A stretch of 64,000 bases of DNA from Macrostomum hystrix (taxonomy: Eukaryota; Animalia; Platyhelminthes), in contig CATNEN010000007.1 of assembly GCA_950097015.1 (NCBI GenBank), forward strand, positions 11,532,001 through 11,596,000. The letters run 5' to 3'. The translations under genes were made by a program, and so were the position numbers. The notes under the pieces are model-generated. The model searched no databases. It saw nothing but the letters and a program-made list of their open reading frames with translations, and was not told the origin of the DNA. Position 1 is the stretch's first letter. Each line of letters opens with the position of its first letter. Positions 60,592 through 64,000 of this stretch are shown in pieces.

Positions 60592-60706
60592 ACTTAGCAA
60601 CCAATGGGACACAAGCACCACTCTGCCTAAAAACAATACAGAGGAGCTGAAAGGGCGCCTGAGCCGCCTCAAATCAGCTCAGCAATTACAGCAGTGCTCA
60701 GTCAGC

Positions 60707-61662
60707 ATGGCTGCGGTAAGCAACAAACGGCGCCTGCTGCTGATGTTCTCTGCTGCCGTGGCAGCCGCCGCTGATCTGGCAGTGGGCAGCCGCAGCTTCC
60801 TGCGACCAACCGCCTGCGCTGCTGGCGCGACCTCCGTGAACTCCAGCGGCGGTGTGCGAAGCCTCACAGAGTGCAGCCTCCGCTGCATCGACTTCAGTTG
60901 GTGTGCCGCACTGCTGGTTGGACGGACCGGCTGCTGCGACTGCGCCCTGATCGACTGGGAGCTGTACTATGGCTCCTGGTTCGGCCAGGGAGTCGTCTGT
61001 CCCAGCGGCTTGTTTGAGAAGGAGGCGTGTGAGTCGGACTCGCTCGTAAACAATGGATTTCAGTGCAGCAGATTAGAAGCAGAGAAAATTATTCCATTTC
61101 TCAGTCATACAGGGCTTATCAGATATGTGGTATCAGGGATCAGGCATTAACATATCAACGCTCGTTAAAACACTATTAAATTTGCGGTTTCTATGGAAAC
61201 TATTCAGAGTTTATGTCTGCGAGTGACTGAAAACTTGGTCTGAAATAATTTTCAGCCGTGGAGGTGCTGCCGTTCTCCAGCTGCGATCAGATCAACATGA
61301 CCCAGCAGGCCTCTTGCGACCGGGCCATGGACGGTAGCACGCAGCAGATGTTCATCACCGGCTCGTGCTCGCACACTCCAGTAAACAACTACAACTGGTG
61401 GCGGGCCAGTTTGCCCGAGCGGGCCTTCATCGAGACCGTCGCCCTGTACAACCGTCAGGATTGCTGCCCAGAACGACTGAACAATTTCACCATCAGCATC
61501 GATGGCTCAGTGTTCGCCTATTACTTTTCTGCCAACGCGTTCTCGGTGAAGAACTTCAGCTGCAGTCGAGTCGGCCAGACGGTTCAGGTGGACCAGTACA
61601 CAAGCGCCTACAATGTTCTGACCCTGTGCGAGGTGATGGTGTACGGCAGGCGTTTCCGATGA
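60707..61662 (+). CDS. Secreted PAN/apple-like + F-type lectin, copy 3; exons 60707-61028 and 61256-61662
   Basis: Same architecture, phase-1 intron and intact H-X26-RXD-X4-R motif as copy 1. The intron is shorter and diverged. Confidence 0.92.
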
Positions 61663-62117
61663 GCACTCATGATAACAATGAGCCTTTTACTATTTCATGC
61701 AATGAAATCTTAATGACAAGAGTCTAGAAACGAGCTTGTTGCAAGGGGCGTCTCTGACAACGGAATTTGTTAACTGAACGCATTTTCCTCCTCTTCTTGA
61801 TTGATGTCAACGAACGGCTCTTCAGCCTGCAAACTGGGGAAGTTAGGACCTCTAATTTATGCACGAAGGCTGCCAATTTGCAAGCGCAAGAAAATGCAGT
61901 TTGACAATGCTTCTCAGATGGAACAGAATCTGCAGAGTTATTTATTTTCACCTGGAAACGCCGGCCGTCACTGGCACTAATTTAACAGTAACTCCTCGGC
62001 TGATTAGGATGGAAAAGAACCGGATTTTGCTTCTTTGCCAAAAAAGAAAACAAAAAATTTTGCTGTACAGGTACTATTCATTGTTACTTTTTTATGCTAT
62101 GATGGTAAAAGTGCACT

Positions 62118-62184
62118 TAGGGCTGAGTGTGGGCACTGGCTCAACATTTGGCGACAGTAGACCAGCAGCCCTGAGCACACACGC
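62118..62184 (-). mobile_element. Short SINE family remnant
   Basis: Minus strand GCGTGTGTGCTCAGG..CTGTCGCCAAATGT..CCAGTGCCCACA. Confidence 0.55.
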
Positions 62185-62331
62185 AATCATAATACCATTG
62201 AGTCCTAAGTCCCCAAGAGTGTCCTAGCTCCTGGCTCCTAGAGTTTCTGTGCCATAGAATCAAGAGTAGACTTACAGAGCTGGGATGTGAACTTGGGAGA
62301 GCTCATTAAGGTCCGTAGTGTGCCATCGAAT

Positions 62332-62876
62332 TAGGAGTGATTTCTTGGAGCCAGGTGCTAGGAGTTGGTCTGTAGGAGTGATTTCTTGGAGCCAGGTGCT
62401 AGGAGTTGGTCAGTAGGAGTGATTTCTCGGAGCCAGGTGCTAGGAGTTGGTCATTAGCAGTGATTTCTTGGAGCCAGGTGCTAGGAGTTGGTCATTAGCA
62501 GTGATTTCTTGGAGCCAGGTGCTAGGAGTTGGTCATTAGCAGTGATTTCTCGGAGCCAGGTGCTAGGAGTTGGTCAGTAGGAGTGATTTCTGGGAGCCAG
62601 GCGCTAGGAGTTGGTCAGTAGGAGTGATTTCTTGGAGCCAGGTGCTAGGAGTTGGTCAGTAGGAGTGATTTCTTGGAGCCAGGTGCTAGGAGTTGGTCAG
62701 TAGGAGTGATTTCTCGGAGCCAGGTGCTAGGAGTTGGTCATTAGCAGTGATTTCTTGGAGCCAGGTGCTAGGAGTTGGTCAGTAGGAGTGATTTCTCGGA
62801 GCCAGGTGCTAGGAGTTGGTCATTAGCAGTGATTTCTTGGAGCCAGGTGCTAGGAGTTGGTCAGTAGGAGTGATTC
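62332..62876. repeat. 41-bp minisatellite (TAGGAGTGATTTCTTGGAGCCAGGTGCTAGGAGTTGGTCAG), about 13 copies
   Basis: Directly visible; a related inverted motif at about 62221-62241 suggests it arose inside a MITE. Confidence 0.95.
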
Positions 62877-63089
62877 CTAAAAGTGCTATAGAAGGAGCGA
62901 AATTCACTCCTTCCTCTTAGCTTGTAGTCAAGAGTTCAAGGGCCGAATTGGGCTCTTCAAAATCGGTTTCTAACTCCTAAAGTAAAGTTTTTCGAAGCGA
63001 TCTCTATCGATGAATCGACGACAATGAACTTTCAAAGAGAAAGTTTAACTCTTTCCTCAGTTCCATCTCGATGCTGCTTTTGTGCTCGT

Positions 63090-63258
63090 CACAAGTTTTT
63101 ACCCCAGCTGCCGCTGGTACCCATTTTACGGCTGGGTGAACTGAAGCACTCGGGATTCAAGTCAATTGCTGAAGGACATTGCTTCCCTTGGAATGAAATT
63201 CGAACTCCTGACCTCAGGGTTGGAGGTCCAAAGCGGTAACGTAACCAGCTCCCTCTGT
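63090..63258 (-). mobile_element. tRNA-derived CORE-type SINE
   Basis: B-box GAGTTCGAATT, then TGTCCTTCAGCAATTGACTT..TGCTTCAGTTCACCCAGCCGTAAAATGGGTACC, resembling the CORE domain (TGACCTTGGGCAAGTCACTT..TGCCTCAGTTT..CTGTAAAATGGG). Confidence 0.65.
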
Positions 63259-64000
63259 TGTAAGCATCTGCCTTAAGGCTGCACTTTTGCCAGCCGACAC
63301 CGCAAATCATTGCTTTTTCTATCAAACACGCCTTCAAAGGCAACCTACTTTCGAGGCTCGAAGCAAGTTATTTTGATGTCAACACATTTTGTACTTTTAT
63401 TGGTTCATTCAGACTCTAACAGGGAACGTTGAGTGGAGACAACTCAATCGCCTGATCACAATTACGAGTATCAGCTCTTGCTGGCGACAGTCATTTGAGT
63501 AGATTTCGACCATGTAAGGCTTTCCCGTGTGTTGAGCTGTTTATTTTTTGCTACTAGACACACCAACACCTGATTCTCAGCTCAATGGGAGGTATTCGCA
63601 GAACTGTTTCTATGACAATCAGATGACTGCCTTTTATGCAAATATTCAGTTTTTAATGGCGTTTTCACCTGTGCGCATGCTGAGTTCCCACCATTAGGGA
63701 CCACTTTAATTTACAATGTAACTTTAGGCTTCAATCGAGAGCCATTGAAAACTCTGGAAATTTCCCAGAGCCAATTGGCAAGCCTCTCTGTCCGCAAAAA
63801 ACAGAGTCTGTAATCTACAACGAAAGAATGACAAAAATGCATGTCAAACTCCTCAGTTTTACTGAGACTAATAGACAATTTCAAATGCAGCCGTTTTATA
63901 CTACTGCAAATCAGTAGCGAGCCCGAAGTTTAGCTTGCAAATCAGTGTGTATTTGTTATAGTCAGCAATGTACACTCCATGCTGGCAGAAAAAGCTGCTT

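Noticed and set aside
39398-62876. CRISPR-like arrays (32-, 39-, 41- and 45-bp repeats)
   Set aside because: Head-to-tail repeats with no unique spacers and no cas genes, in a eukaryotic context.
63190-63258. Functional tRNA gene
   Set aside because: No acceptor stem or cloverleaf can be closed, and it runs directly into a CORE-like SINE body.

Overview
Eukaryotic (metazoan invertebrate) genomic DNA with GC-rich exons, short GT-AG introns and many minisatellites. This style suggests a free-living flatworm such as Macrostomum, but that is inference only. Minus-strand genes: a typical 2-Cys peroxiredoxin whose splice signals predict a 76-aa C-terminal extension; a tandem family of three very divergent, intronless POT/SLC15-like transporters (one intact, two disrupted); a 7-8-exon OATP/SLCO transporter; a tandem-C2 synaptotagmin-family gene with minisatellite-filled introns; and a secreted SUEL (rhamnose/galactose-type) lectin. 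Facing away from the SUEL gene is a plus-strand array of PAN/apple + F-type (fucose) lectin genes: two complete copies, one 5'-truncated copy and two inverted relics, with mosaic relationships between copies. Mobile elements: one full-length decayed Ty3/gypsy element (two LTRs, PBS, PPT, 5-bp TSD), a second gypsy integrase+LTR fragment, a solo LTR, two RTE-type LINE remnants, a probable Penelope remnant, a piggyBac transposase remnant inside TA-flanked inverted repeats, several MITEs, a multi-copy tRNA-derived SINE family and a CORE-type SINE. No CRISPR array, rRNA or intact tRNA gene was seen. The best candidates for undescribed biology are the diversifying lectin cluster, the ExxER-less POT-like family and the tailed peroxiredoxin. 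All gene models were built by eye from splice signals and reading phase, with no database searches.
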